Source of the DNA: Patescibacteria group bacterium
GTDB lineage: Bacteria; Patescibacteriota; Patescibacteriia; JAHIZJ01
Assembly: GCA_028714495.1 (NCBI GenBank)
Contig: JAQTMH010000003.1
Coordinates: 72,496-136,495, forward strand
DNA: 64,000 bases
Direction: 5' to 3'
Under the pieces are notes generated by a model, which saw only the letters and a program-made list of their open reading frames with translations, did not search any database and was not told where the DNA came from. Positions 27,841-35,878 of the stretch are shown in pieces; positions within the stretch are counted from its first letter, which is position 1, and each line of letters opens with the position of its first letter. A program made the position numbers and the translations under genes.

Positions 27841-28136
27841 AAAAAACTCTCATTCCTCGACAAGTTATTAAAAATAATAACTAGCTAAGGAACGAGAGTT
27901 TACTCCCGCGGTCCCATCCTTATTTCCGGTCTTTACCTTAAATCAGGCAACAACCAGACACTTATTTCAAGCTTCACGATGCGTGACCACCGTTCCCGGT
28001 TTTGACCGGGACTGCTTAAGAGGTGTGTTCAATGGTTTTCTGGGCCTGGCTTCCACTGTCCCAAGCTCTCTATTCAGCCAGAAATGGCCATTTACTATGC
28101 CTCTTTGTTAGCGCATTTGAATTAAATTATCAAGGT
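27841..28136 (-). promoter_or_regulatory. T-box riboswitch leader, His-specific (specifier CAC, antiterminator bulge UGGG), with its own promoter and an intrinsic terminator directly before the nucleoside phosphorylase gene
   Basis: Stem I UGGCUGAAUAGAGAGC... and specifier loop GAA-CAC-A are visible on the minus strand. The T-box sequence AAUAAGGAUGGGACCGCGGGAG is the reverse complement of 27907-27920. The terminator is AAACUCUCGUUCCU...AGGAAUGAGAGUUU plus U6 at 27841-27898, with UAGCUAGUUAUUAUUUUUAAUAACUUGUCG intervening. The antiterminator alternative is AAGGA[UGGGACC]GCGGGAG/CUCUC/UCCUU. The promoter is TTGACT, 18 nt, TAATCT. Confidence 0.75.
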
Positions 28137-28188
28137 AAATATAAGATTACACCATTGGCCTATTTCTAGTCAAATATCGGTTGTGGAT

Positions 28189-28220
28189 AAAAAAAGCCGT
28201 TGAGCAAGTTACTCAACGGC
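28189..28220 (-). terminator. Rho-independent terminator of hisS, overlapping its stop codon
   Basis: gccgttgag-caagtta-ctcaacggc followed by U7 on the minus strand. Confidence 0.55.
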
Positions 28221-29600
28221 TTCAAGAAGTGAACGAATGTGCGAAATCAATTGGTCGCGCGGAACCGAGTGCTGTTTGCCTGCTGCGCCGAATGTGGTCC
28301 GGAGGTTCTTCACGGAAGCTTCGCCTCGGCTGAGCTCATCAGGACCGACCACGATCGCGATCGGTATCCGCTGAACATCGGCGTATTTGAACTGACGGCC
28401 GATGCGCGTTTCCTCACCCATGTAGAGCTCAGTATTCAGGCCCTCTCGTCTAAGCTCCGTGGCCAGCTGCTGGTAGACACCCAACTGGTTTTGATCAAAG
28501 ACGGTGACCAGAACCTGGGTTTTGCTAGGCGCTGTTCCAACCAAGCCGAGCTGTTCCAGGGCGGCGAAGAGCCGATCTACGCCGATCGAAGCACCGGTAG
28601 CAGGAATGCTGGTTTCGCTGAACCGGCCGATAAGTCCATCAAACCGTCCGCCGGAAAACACGCTGCCCCAGGTCGGCAAATCCAGAAGCCTCGTCTCAAA
28701 CACCGGACCGGTGTAGTAAGCCAGACCTCTGGCAATTGACAGGTCGATGATGAAACGCTCGGGCGGGATGCCTTGGGCTTTGAGTCCGGACAGAATCTGT
28801 TCCAGCTCGACGATCCCTTCGTCAACGGCCGAGCAGCCATTGAAGAAGCGCCTGAGCTGTTCGATCGTCTCAACCGGACTTCCTCCTGAAATGCCGACGA
28901 ATTCCATAATCCGATCAGCAATTTCCGGAGCCAAACCGATGCAGCGAGCACCGGCAGGTACTTCTCTCTGATCCACGCCTTCAGGCCCTTGCTTGGTCAG
29001 GGTGGCTTTGACTTCTTCGAGGCCGACTCTCTCGATCTTGTCTAGGGTCCGGAAGATGTCCGTGGCCCAGAAAGGATCGAGGCCCAAGAAAACCATCAAA
29101 GCGTTCAGGATCTTGCGGTTGCTGAAACGGATCAGGAAACGGGTAAGCCCCAGCTCAACCAAAGTGTCGTGGATGATGGCGATGATTTCAGTGTCAGCGG
29201 CCATTGAGCTGGTGCCGACAGTGTCAATGTCGAATTGCACGAATTCGCGGAAGCGTCCAGGTGCCGGTTCATCGCCGCGCCAGACCGGTCCGACCACGTA
29301 CCGTTTGAACGGTCGGGGCAGATCCGGGTACAGGGCGACAAACCGAGCCAGAGGTATGGTGTGATCGAAACGCAGTCCGGCTGGACGTCCTTCAGGATCA
29401 TCAAATCGGAAGATCTTAAGTTCGCTTGCATCAGTCTCTTCGCCGAGGAGAATCCTACGGTCTTCAATCGCCGGCGTCTCAATCGGTACAAAGCCATAGC
29501 GTTCATAAACGCGACGGATCTTCTCGATTAACGCTTGCCTGGCAATCATTTGAGCCGGCAGGTAATCTCGAAGTCCGCGCAGAAGTCGTGGTTCAATCAT
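28209..29600 (-). CDS. hisS: Histidyl-tRNA synthetase (class II). GC-rich. The start is taken at the internal Met so as not to overlap tRNA-His.
   Basis: RGLRDYLP, FREFVQFDID (motif 2), GGRFDGL, GASIGVDRL (motif 3), an anticodon-binding C-terminus. AGGTGA sits 10 nt upstream of ATG 29600. The ORF-track start at 29687 would overlap the tRNA. Confidence 0.85.
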   Translation of the reverse strand: MIEPRLLRGLRDYLPAQMIARQALIEKIRRVYERYGFVPIETPAIEDRRILLGEETDASELKIFRFDDPEGRPAGLRFDHTIPLARFVALYPDLPRPFKRYVVGPVWRGDEPAPGRFREFVQFDIDTVGTSSMAADTEIIAIIHDTLVELGLTRFLIRFSNRKILNALMVFLGLDPFWATDIFRTLDKIERVGLEEVKATLTKQGPEGVDQREVPAGARCIGLAPEIADRIMEFVGISGGSPVETIEQLRRFFNGCSAVDEGIVELEQILSGLKAQGIPPERFIIDLSIARGLAYYTGPVFETRLLDLPTWGSVFSGGRFDGLIGRFSETSIPATGASIGVDRLFAALEQLGLVGTAPSKTQVLVTVFDQNQLGVYQQLATELRREGLNTELYMGEETRIGRQFKYADVQRIPIAIVVGPDELSRGEASVKNLRTTFGAAGKQHSVPRDQLISHIRSLLEAVE

Positions 29601-29637
29601 CTTCTGATCACCTGCCTTTCTTGATACGCCAGAAAAG

Positions 29638-29716
29638 ATGGGGGGCCGGACGGGAATCGAACCCGCGACCTCTTGATCCACAGTCAAGCGCTCTGACCAA
29701 CTGAGCTACCGACCCC
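29638..29716 (-). tRNA. tRNA-His (anticodon GUG) with genomically encoded G-1, C73 and CCA
   Basis: GGGGGUCGGUAGCUCAGUUGGUCAGAGCGCUUGACUGUGGAUCAAGAGGUCGCGGGUUCGAUUCCCGUCCGGCCCCCCA. Cloverleaf checked by hand. G-1:C73. Confidence 0.9.
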
Positions 29717-29736
29717 CAACACCACGAAGAGCCAAA

Positions 29737-29812
29737 AGACTGGGGCGAGACGGGAATCGAACCCGCGACCTCTTGATCCACAGTCAAGCGCTCTGACCAA
29801 CTGAGCTACTCG
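29737..29812 (-). tRNA. Second tRNA with a GUG anticodon. Its 60-nt core is identical to tRNA-His but the acceptor stem differs (GGGCGAG/CUCGCCC). It keeps C73 but has C at -1 and no encoded CCA.
   Basis: CGGGCGAGUAGCUCAG...GGUUCGAUUCCCGUCUCGCCC-C. The interior is identical to the upstream tRNA-His. Confidence 0.7.
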
Positions 29813-29858
29813 CCCGTTTTCCCGGCCTGAGTTTGTAACAGACCGGGAACTTGTGCAC

Positions 29859-31478
29859 CTAGAGCGCCGCCGCAACCGCTTGCCGCAAAGCGCCGCTCTG
29901 GATCAGCTTCAACATCTTCTGATGGTCAGCCATGAGGAATCGATCATCATTCATCTCCTCGATGGCCGACCGGATCACCTGAAGGGCGACACTGGTACCG
30001 CGACCGAGCTTCGGATCATTGAGCGACTTCTGAGTCAGAGTAATGCCCTGGGCCGCTCCGATGAGCTCCCACGCGATCACCGCGAAAGCCAGCTCGATCA
30101 CCCGACGCATGTGCCGAGCCGAGATTGAAGCCATGCTGACATGATCTTCCTGGCCAGCTGAGGTCGGGATCGAAATCGCCTTGGCTGGATAGCACATTAC
30201 TGCGCATTCAGCGACTAGGGCAGCCACCGCGTATTGGGCAATCATTAGCCCGGTATTGAGGTCTGACTCACCAGCCAAATCAGCTGGCAAGCCATAGCTC
30301 GATTCCGGGTTCAGCAGAGCGTACAAACGAGAGTTCGAGATGTTAGCCAGGCACTGGGCGGCCAGTTTCATCTGCTCACTGGCATGCCCGAGCGGTTCTC
30401 CGTGGAAATTGCCACAAGACACTGCGACAAACTGCTCGCCAACTTGGAAGATCAGCGGATTGTCAGTCGCCGAGTTTGCCTCGATTGACAGAGCTTCCTT
30501 TGCCCGATCAATGATTTCTCTGACCGGGCCGGCCACTTGCGGATAGCACCGGTAAGAATAGGCGTCCTGAACGCGCGGCACCTTCAGATCATTCGGCTGA
30601 GACTTCACATGCTCAGCTGGCAAATCGACCAGTCGACAAGCATGGGTCATCCGCTCTGAACCAGCAGTCAGCTGACGAATCTCTGCTGCCACCTGGATCT
30701 GACCCGGATAGGGTCTGGCCAGGTGAACCCGTTCGTCAAACGCAGCTGTCTCACCGCGGATCGCTTCGAGCGAGAGCGCAGCTGCCAAATTCGAGTACCA
30801 AAGCAGAGACTCAAGGTCAGCCTGTCCCAGAATTGCCTGGGCCAGAATGAAAGTCGAACCATTGGTCAGAGCCATGGCTTCCTTGCCTTTGAGAACGATC
30901 GGCTGCAGATCAGCGGCAATCAGCGCATACTTGGCCGTCATGAATTCACCCTGATACCAGGCACGCTGTTCTTCCGATCCCATGAGCGTTGCCGAGACAT
31001 GCGCCAGTGGACAGAGATCGCCACTGGCACCGACTGAGCCGATCTGCGGAACATAGGGAATCACGCCGGCATTGTAGAGATTGACCAGACTCGCGCAGAG
31101 TTCAGGCCGTACGCCGGAATGCCCCTTGGCAAAGGAATTGGCCCGCAATACCAGTGCCAGTCTGACTACCTCGTCTGGGAACGGTTCGCCAAAACCAACG
31201 CAGTGAGCCGGAATGTAGTGCCTCTGATACGCGGTGATTTCTTCACCGGGAATCATGACGCACTTGCGACTGCCGCAGCCAGTGTTGAAACCATAGACCG
31301 CGTGATCTTGGCCGTAAGCGACCAGACCATCACGAAACTGACCAATCTCCTGCATTCTTTCCCCGGTGATTTCAACCCGGGGAAAAAGGTGAACGCCGGT
31401 AGCATCATCCTCACCCCGGGCTGCCAGAAGACAATCGGGCAAACCGAGATTTTCGCCATCGAGCCTGATATCGCGCAT
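29859..31478 (-). CDS. MIO-dependent aromatic amino acid ammonia-lyase / aminomutase family (HAL/PAL-like). GC-rich.
   Basis: GSVGASGDLCPLAHV (the Ala-Ser-Gly MIO triad), YGFNTGCG, NPLIFQVGEQ. The start is at the internal Met preceded by AAAGGAGA. The position equivalent to the HAL Ser-His selectivity pair reads Ala-His. Confidence 0.7.
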   Translation of the reverse strand: MRDIRLDGENLGLPDCLLAARGEDDATGVHLFPRVEITGERMQEIGQFRDGLVAYGQDHAVYGFNTGCGSRKCVMIPGEEITAYQRHYIPAHCVGFGEPFPDEVVRLALVLRANSFAKGHSGVRPELCASLVNLYNAGVIPYVPQIGSVGASGDLCPLAHVSATLMGSEEQRAWYQGEFMTAKYALIAADLQPIVLKGKEAMALTNGSTFILAQAILGQADLESLLWYSNLAAALSLEAIRGETAAFDERVHLARPYPGQIQVAAEIRQLTAGSERMTHACRLVDLPAEHVKSQPNDLKVPRVQDAYSYRCYPQVAGPVREIIDRAKEALSIEANSATDNPLIFQVGEQFVAVSCGNFHGEPLGHASEQMKLAAQCLANISNSRLYALLNPESSYGLPADLAGESDLNTGLMIAQYAVAALVAECAVMCYPAKAISIPTSAGQEDHVSMASISARHMRRVIELAFAVIAWELIGAAQGITLTQKSLNDPKLGRGTSVALQVIRSAIEEMNDDRFLMADHQKMLKLIQSGALRQAVAAAL

Positions 31479-31789
31479 GACCGTTTCTCCTTTTGTGAGA
31501 AGCCCGCGAGCGACTGGTTTCGTTCTAGCAGTACGAGATTCCGTTCTCGGCCATAGACTGACCTCCTCGTGTTTGGATGGTTTGTTTGCGTAGTGGGTAA
31601 TTACAAGATAATCCTGCCCGCTTAACAAGCAAGATTATTGTCAATGTACTAGCTTTTCCAAGAATAACTCATCTTATCACGGGCCCAGAATCACTGTCAA
31701 TTAGCCCTTATGCACATAGCTTACTACATAATATTCTCAATAAAAAAGGCCGGGGGTTCATACACCCTGACAAAGTACTGGGTACGATA

Positions 31790-31987
31790 TTAAACTGATT
31801 TAATAACCTGCACTCTCCCCACTTCCCCGGTTTCCAGGCGTACCTTGATCCCGTGCGGATGATTTGGCGAACTCGTCAAAATGTCTTTGACTACGCCTTC
31901 AGTTAGTCGTCCAGTGCGTTGATCCTGCTTTTGCACGATCTCCACGCGCAAGCCAGGATAGATGTTATCGCGGATTTGATTGTCCAT
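31790..31987 (-). CDS. YwbE-like small protein (DUF2196 / TIGR03833 family)
   Basis: PGLRVEIVQKQDQRTGRLTEGVVKDILTSSPNHPHGIKVRLETGEVGRVQ. 65 aa. Confidence 0.5.
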   Translation of the reverse strand: MDNQIRDNIYPGLRVEIVQKQDQRTGRLTEGVVKDILTSSPNHPHGIKVRLETGEVGRVQVIKSV

Positions 31988-32028
31988 CGTATAAATTTAT
32001 TGTTAAATCAAGAAAAACGGCACTTAGT

Positions 32029-32559
32029 TTATTTTTTCGCCATCTGGATTAAAACATCAGCCGCCTTTAAAACGTTCGCCTGGAACTTTTCGTCCGCCAG
32101 CTTCGGATCTTCGGGAAAATCTATCACCCGGCTGACATTGATTGAGAATTGGGAAACGATTAAGCCGAGCTGCCGTAACACCGGCAAAAGATTTTCAACC
32201 ACCCGAGTACCGCCGAAAATTCCCTTTGACACTCCACAGACTACCACCAGCTTGCCAGTATAATTGTCATAATCCTGGTCAAGCAACATTTTCAGTTCAC
32301 CAGGATAACCATGGTTATACTCCGGCGTAACAATTAAAAAGGCGCTGGCTCGTTTAACAATCTCCTGCCACGGTTTTGTGAGTTTGTTATTTTCCGAAGG
32401 CGGTATCGTTCGACCGTGAATATATTCTTTCACGTCAATCAGTTCGATTTCGATATCTTCGCGCGATTTAAGAATGTGAAGCACTGCCTGGGCGACCTTT
32501 TCAGATTGCCTACCCTCTCTGGCAGTGCCGAGCACAATTGGAATATATGGTTTTTCCAT
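32029..32559 (-). CDS. NAD(P)H-dependent FMN reductase (flavodoxin-like fold)
   Basis: LIVTPEYNHGYPGELK hallmark. 176 aa. Confidence 0.75.
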   Translation of the reverse strand: MEKPYIPIVLGTAREGRQSEKVAQAVLHILKSREDIEIELIDVKEYIHGRTIPPSENNKLTKPWQEIVKRASAFLIVTPEYNHGYPGELKMLLDQDYDNYTGKLVVVCGVSKGIFGGTRVVENLLPVLRQLGLIVSQFSINVSRVIDFPEDPKLADEKFQANVLKAADVLIQMAKK

Positions 32560-32718
32560 AAGTTAATATTTACTGGTATTTCTCGCGTTTATAAGTATAT
32601 CAAATAAATACGTATCAGGCATCTTTCTGTACAGCTATTTGACTGAATAAAACCAATATACTAATATGCCCGTGCGGTTGTTTTTTCCTTTTTGTACCTT
32701 CATCCCTGGGAGGGAAAA

Positions 32719-33141
32719 ATGGGTGAACCACGTGTTCCTTCTGGACTCGAAGATCTAGCCAGAGGCGCTTCTTACTCGCCGGCGATTGATCTGCCGCCTG
32801 GATCTGAGCTCGTACCCTTTTCCGGCATTGTCGATACACTTCAAGAAGGTGAAGAATCAATCCCTTCTGATCTAGCCTCCCAGACCAAACGCGTCCTTGC
32901 GAAGATGGTTTCGCAGGTTCAAGCTATGGGCTTGACCGCGAGCAACATTGTCAAGGTTACCGTGCTTCTCGTCTGTCCCAAGTCTGAGTTCCCAGTGTTC
33001 AACAAGGCCTGGACAGAATTCTGGGGTACGGCTTTCCCGCCTTGCCGCCGGGCCCATGGCGTAACCTGGGTACCAGGCACTGGCACGCTGATCGAAGTTG
33101 ATCCGATCGTGGTCCGTTTCCCAGAAGAGCCGACTGCCTAA
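32719..33141 (+). CDS. RidA/YjgF/TdcF-family enamine/imine deaminase
   Basis: ASYSPAIDLP...FSGIV...IVKVTVLL...FN.AW.EFW...P.R..V. Start taken at the MGEPRV Met. Confidence 0.65.
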   Translation: MGEPRVPSGLEDLARGASYSPAIDLPPGSELVPFSGIVDTLQEGEESIPSDLASQTKRVLAKMVSQVQAMGLTASNIVKVTVLLVCPKSEFPVFNKAWTEFWGTAFPPCRRAHGVTWVPGTGTLIEVDPIVVRFPEEPTA

Positions 33142-33158
33142 TCAAGCGGCCAGCTCGA

Positions 33159-33190
33159 ACCCCCTCTCTGAATGGTCAGAGAGGTTTTTA
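33159..33190 (+). terminator. Terminator after the ridA-like gene
   Basis: cctctctga-atgg-tcagagagg followed by TTTTTATT. Confidence 0.5.
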
Positions 33191-33257
33191 TTATGAACAA
33201 GCAAATTATTATTAAAAAAACCGCTAAAGATTTAAGCGGCAATATTATATTTCTTAA

Positions 33258-34289
33258 TTAGGAAAAACTTAACTCACCCGGATATACCCAAATTTCCTTG
33301 AAGTTTTTTAGAGGTATTAGATCGGATTTCACAACCTCATGATCCTGGTTTTTAATTTGCTCAAACTGCTTGGGCGATAGAATTCGGTCAATATAACCGT
33401 CTCCCCTCTTTTCTAACACGCCAAAACCGGTCCAGAATTTCGCTACTGAATTTGAGGTTGTGCCGATTGGAATGGAATTATACTTGGGTAGCGGCGTGGC
33501 GGATAAATCAACCTTGCCTAATCCGCGTATCGCTTCATGAACCCGGGATAACCGGCAATAACCGTCATGGGCAATCGGGCCCATTTTTATTTTCTCCTGC
33601 TTCTCGTTCTCGTTCAGCCGCTTCCAATCTTCAGCGCCTTGCCACTGCAGATTAAGATTGGACGTTGCCTCTCTTTTTTTCTTGCGTTCTTCAGGCCAAT
33701 CTTTATATTCTTGCTTTACTTTATCTATAAAAGGCTCAAGTTCGTCGAGATATTCTTTTTCATTAGGATAAAGCTCGGCAAACGATCTTAATTCCAGCTT
33801 GATATTTCCCGGCAAATGCTCCAGAAATTCACCAAGTAATTTATTAAACGATTGGCGGTAGATTAAACAGTCTTTTTCCGGTATATTGCTCTGTCGTTTC
33901 ATAATTGAGGGATGAGCTGCCCAGTAGGTCATGATTACTCCAGGCTCATAAGCCTGCACAATGAGAGTAATGTATTTCAACATATAGCAAATATTAAAAA
34001 ATTCCGCCCAATCAACCTCCGGGGAGGTCTCAAAACTCCAGAGTTTATACCCGCCGAAAAAATAGGTAGTATTAATCGGCAGATGTTTAGTCACCGCATA
34101 GTGGATAGATTCTTTCAGCTCTTTAACGTAATCTTCACCGACCTTCCATTTGCGGAATTTTTTTGACATGAGACAGCGATAAATAAATGCTTCTGGTCCG
34201 TTTTTATCCAAAAATTCCCGGTCCGCTGTTTGCGGTTCGGTTTTGGAAGAATTTACTTTTTGACTTTTTAAATAATCCTCGACGGTCAT
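33258..34289 (-). CDS. Hypothetical protein (about 343 aa). The ORF-track N-terminus overlaps tRNA-Gln, so the start is moved to the Met at 34289.
   Basis: MTVEDYLKSQ... No recognisable motifs. Confidence 0.45.
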   Translation of the reverse strand: MTVEDYLKSQKVNSSKTEPQTADREFLDKNGPEAFIYRCLMSKKFRKWKVGEDYVKELKESIHYAVTKHLPINTTYFFGGYKLWSFETSPEVDWAEFFNICYMLKYITLIVQAYEPGVIMTYWAAHPSIMKRQSNIPEKDCLIYRQSFNKLLGEFLEHLPGNIKLELRSFAELYPNEKEYLDELEPFIDKVKQEYKDWPEERKKKREATSNLNLQWQGAEDWKRLNENEKQEKIKMGPIAHDGYCRLSRVHEAIRGLGKVDLSATPLPKYNSIPIGTTSNSVAKFWTGFGVLEKRGDGYIDRILSPKQFEQIKNQDHEVVKSDLIPLKNFKEIWVYPGELSFS

Positions 34290-34323
34290 TTTCAAAAAAA
34301 GTCCTTTCAATATAGCGAGCTTA

Positions 34324-34394
34324 GCTCCGGGGCCTGGACTCGAACCAGGATACCCGCCTCCAAAGGGCGGTGTCCTACCATTAGACGACCCCGG
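34324..34394 (-). tRNA. tRNA-Gln (anticodon UUG)
   Basis: UCCGGGGUCGUCUAAUGGUAGGACACCGCCCUUUGGAGGCGGGUAUCCUGGUUCGAGUCCAGGCCCCGGAG. U1:A72, G73. Anticodon loop CUUUGGA. Confidence 0.85.
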
Positions 34395-34516
34395 AGCAAA
34401 ACTCATTATAAGTTTTTTATTTCTATCGCCTCGAAACGATAGCGCTGACATCCGACCTAATCAAAAAAGGGCGCATCAACCCTATCCTATCAAACATTCG
34501 CAAATATTTCAAATCC

Positions 34517-35851
34517 TTAATTGAATATAACGTAGATACTTGCCAGGGCTACTAAAATCATAAAGATAGTGACGATCCAGCCGAGAAAATTAATCCCTGG
34601 TTTATTCACGTATTCACCCATCCGCTTCTTATCGTTGCTGACCAAGAGTATGAAAACCATGATTATCGGGGCAATCAGGCCGTTGATAATCGCCGCGTAG
34701 ATCAGGGCTTTGATCGGATCAAACCCGGCGAAATTGAGAATTAAACCGATAATGATTGAAGCGATAATGACCCCATAAAAAGCATAGGCATTTTTCAATT
34801 TCCGATACAGCCCCTCGCGCCAGCGGAAACTTTCAGACAGTACATAAGCCGCCGATCCAGCCAGTACCGGGATGGCTAGCAGCCCAACGCCAACCACTCC
34901 GAGAGTAAAAAGCAGCGAGGCGTATTTTCCAGCTAAGGGGCTAAGGGCTTCGGCCGCCTGAGCCGCTGTCTGGATATCGGTAATTCCAGCTGGGTGTAAA
35001 ACCGCTCCCGCTGTCAGGATTATGAAAAACATCACCAGATTAGAAAAAAACATGCCGATCCAGACGTCCCGGCGCATGTTTTTTATCTCAGGCCAGTTAT
35101 TTTCCTGCGATCGGGCTTTGATCGTGGTTTTGCCATCGAGTATTTCCTCCTCCACCTCCTGTGAAGTTTGCCAGAAAAAAAGGTAAGGCGAAATGGTCGT
35201 GCCGAGTATACCGCAGACGAGGAGAATCTGATCGCGCGTTAATTTTAATGAAGGCGAAACAGCGTGTCTGGCGATATCGCCCCAATCAACACCCTTTAAC
35301 GTCAAAGCGGTAATCACGTAGGCCAACAAGACCAGGGCTAAGACTTTTAGAATTTTCGAATACTGGCGATAAGACGTGAATATTTCCAGGATCAGGATAA
35401 CCGCGGTAAAGCCAATCAGCAGAAGGGCGTATTTTAATTGCGGGGCTAATAACTCCGTCGCTTTTGCCATCGCTCCCAAATCGGCCCCAATGTTAAAAGT
35501 ATTGGCGACAAAAAGAAGCGCCGCGCAGACATACAGCATCCAGCGCGGAAAATGAAGACGAATATTAGAGGCTAGACCGCGGCCAGTGACTAAGCCAATC
35601 CGGGCGCACATCTCCTGGATAATGGCCATAAAAGGAAAGGTAAAAACAGCCAGCCACAGCATTTGAAAACCATAACGGCTCCCGGTTTGGGAGTAGGTGG
35701 CAATGCCCGAGGGATCGTCATCAGCCGCTCCGGTCGTCAAACCCGGCCCGAGCCCATGCCAGAATTTGCCGAGACGCTTCAAACGAAATCCGAGATGGTG
35801 TGAAGATTTTTTTCGCGCGAATGTTTTTTCTTGTGTTTTTGTCATGCTCAA
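34517..35851 (-). CDS. mntH: NRAMP-family divalent metal (Mn2+/Fe2+) transporter
   Basis: GPGLTTGAADDDPSGIATYSQTGSRYGF. Multi-TM. 444 aa. Confidence 0.8.
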   Translation of the reverse strand: MSMTKTQEKTFARKKSSHHLGFRLKRLGKFWHGLGPGLTTGAADDDPSGIATYSQTGSRYGFQMLWLAVFTFPFMAIIQEMCARIGLVTGRGLASNIRLHFPRWMLYVCAALLFVANTFNIGADLGAMAKATELLAPQLKYALLLIGFTAVILILEIFTSYRQYSKILKVLALVLLAYVITALTLKGVDWGDIARHAVSPSLKLTRDQILLVCGILGTTISPYLFFWQTSQEVEEEILDGKTTIKARSQENNWPEIKNMRRDVWIGMFFSNLVMFFIILTAGAVLHPAGITDIQTAAQAAEALSPLAGKYASLLFTLGVVGVGLLAIPVLAGSAAYVLSESFRWREGLYRKLKNAYAFYGVIIASIIIGLILNFAGFDPIKALIYAAIINGLIAPIIMVFILLVSNDKKRMGEYVNKPGINFLGWIVTIFMILVALASIYVIFN

Positions 35852-35878
35852 GATAATGAAACGGCCTGGTGTTTAATT

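Noticed and set aside
27841-28136. Reading the structured GC-moderate region downstream of hisS as SRP RNA, 6S RNA or a hisS 3'UTR
   Set aside because: No SRP domain-IV motif. The T-box consensus, specifier loop and terminator/antiterminator architecture fit far better.
28239-28739. 166-aa plus-strand ORF, and others at 28747-29531
   Set aside because: Antisense within GC-rich hisS. High GC inflates spurious ORFs.
28209-29687. ORF-track N-terminal extension of hisS (MTVDQEVAGS...)
   Set aside because: Would overlap tRNA-His. The internal Met at 29600 has an SD and matches the HisRS N-terminus.
29638-29812. tRNA pair as attL/attR of an integrated element
   Set aside because: Both copies are full length and adjacent. 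No integrase or direct-repeat partner was found in the window. Kept only as a hypothesis under findings.
29684-29875. 63-aa minus-strand ORF spanning the tRNA-His pair
   Set aside because: Overlaps two hand-verified tRNA genes.
33258-34451. ORF-track N-terminal extension of the 397-aa ORF
   Set aside because: The first 54 codons overlap tRNA-Gln. The start was moved to the Met at 34289.
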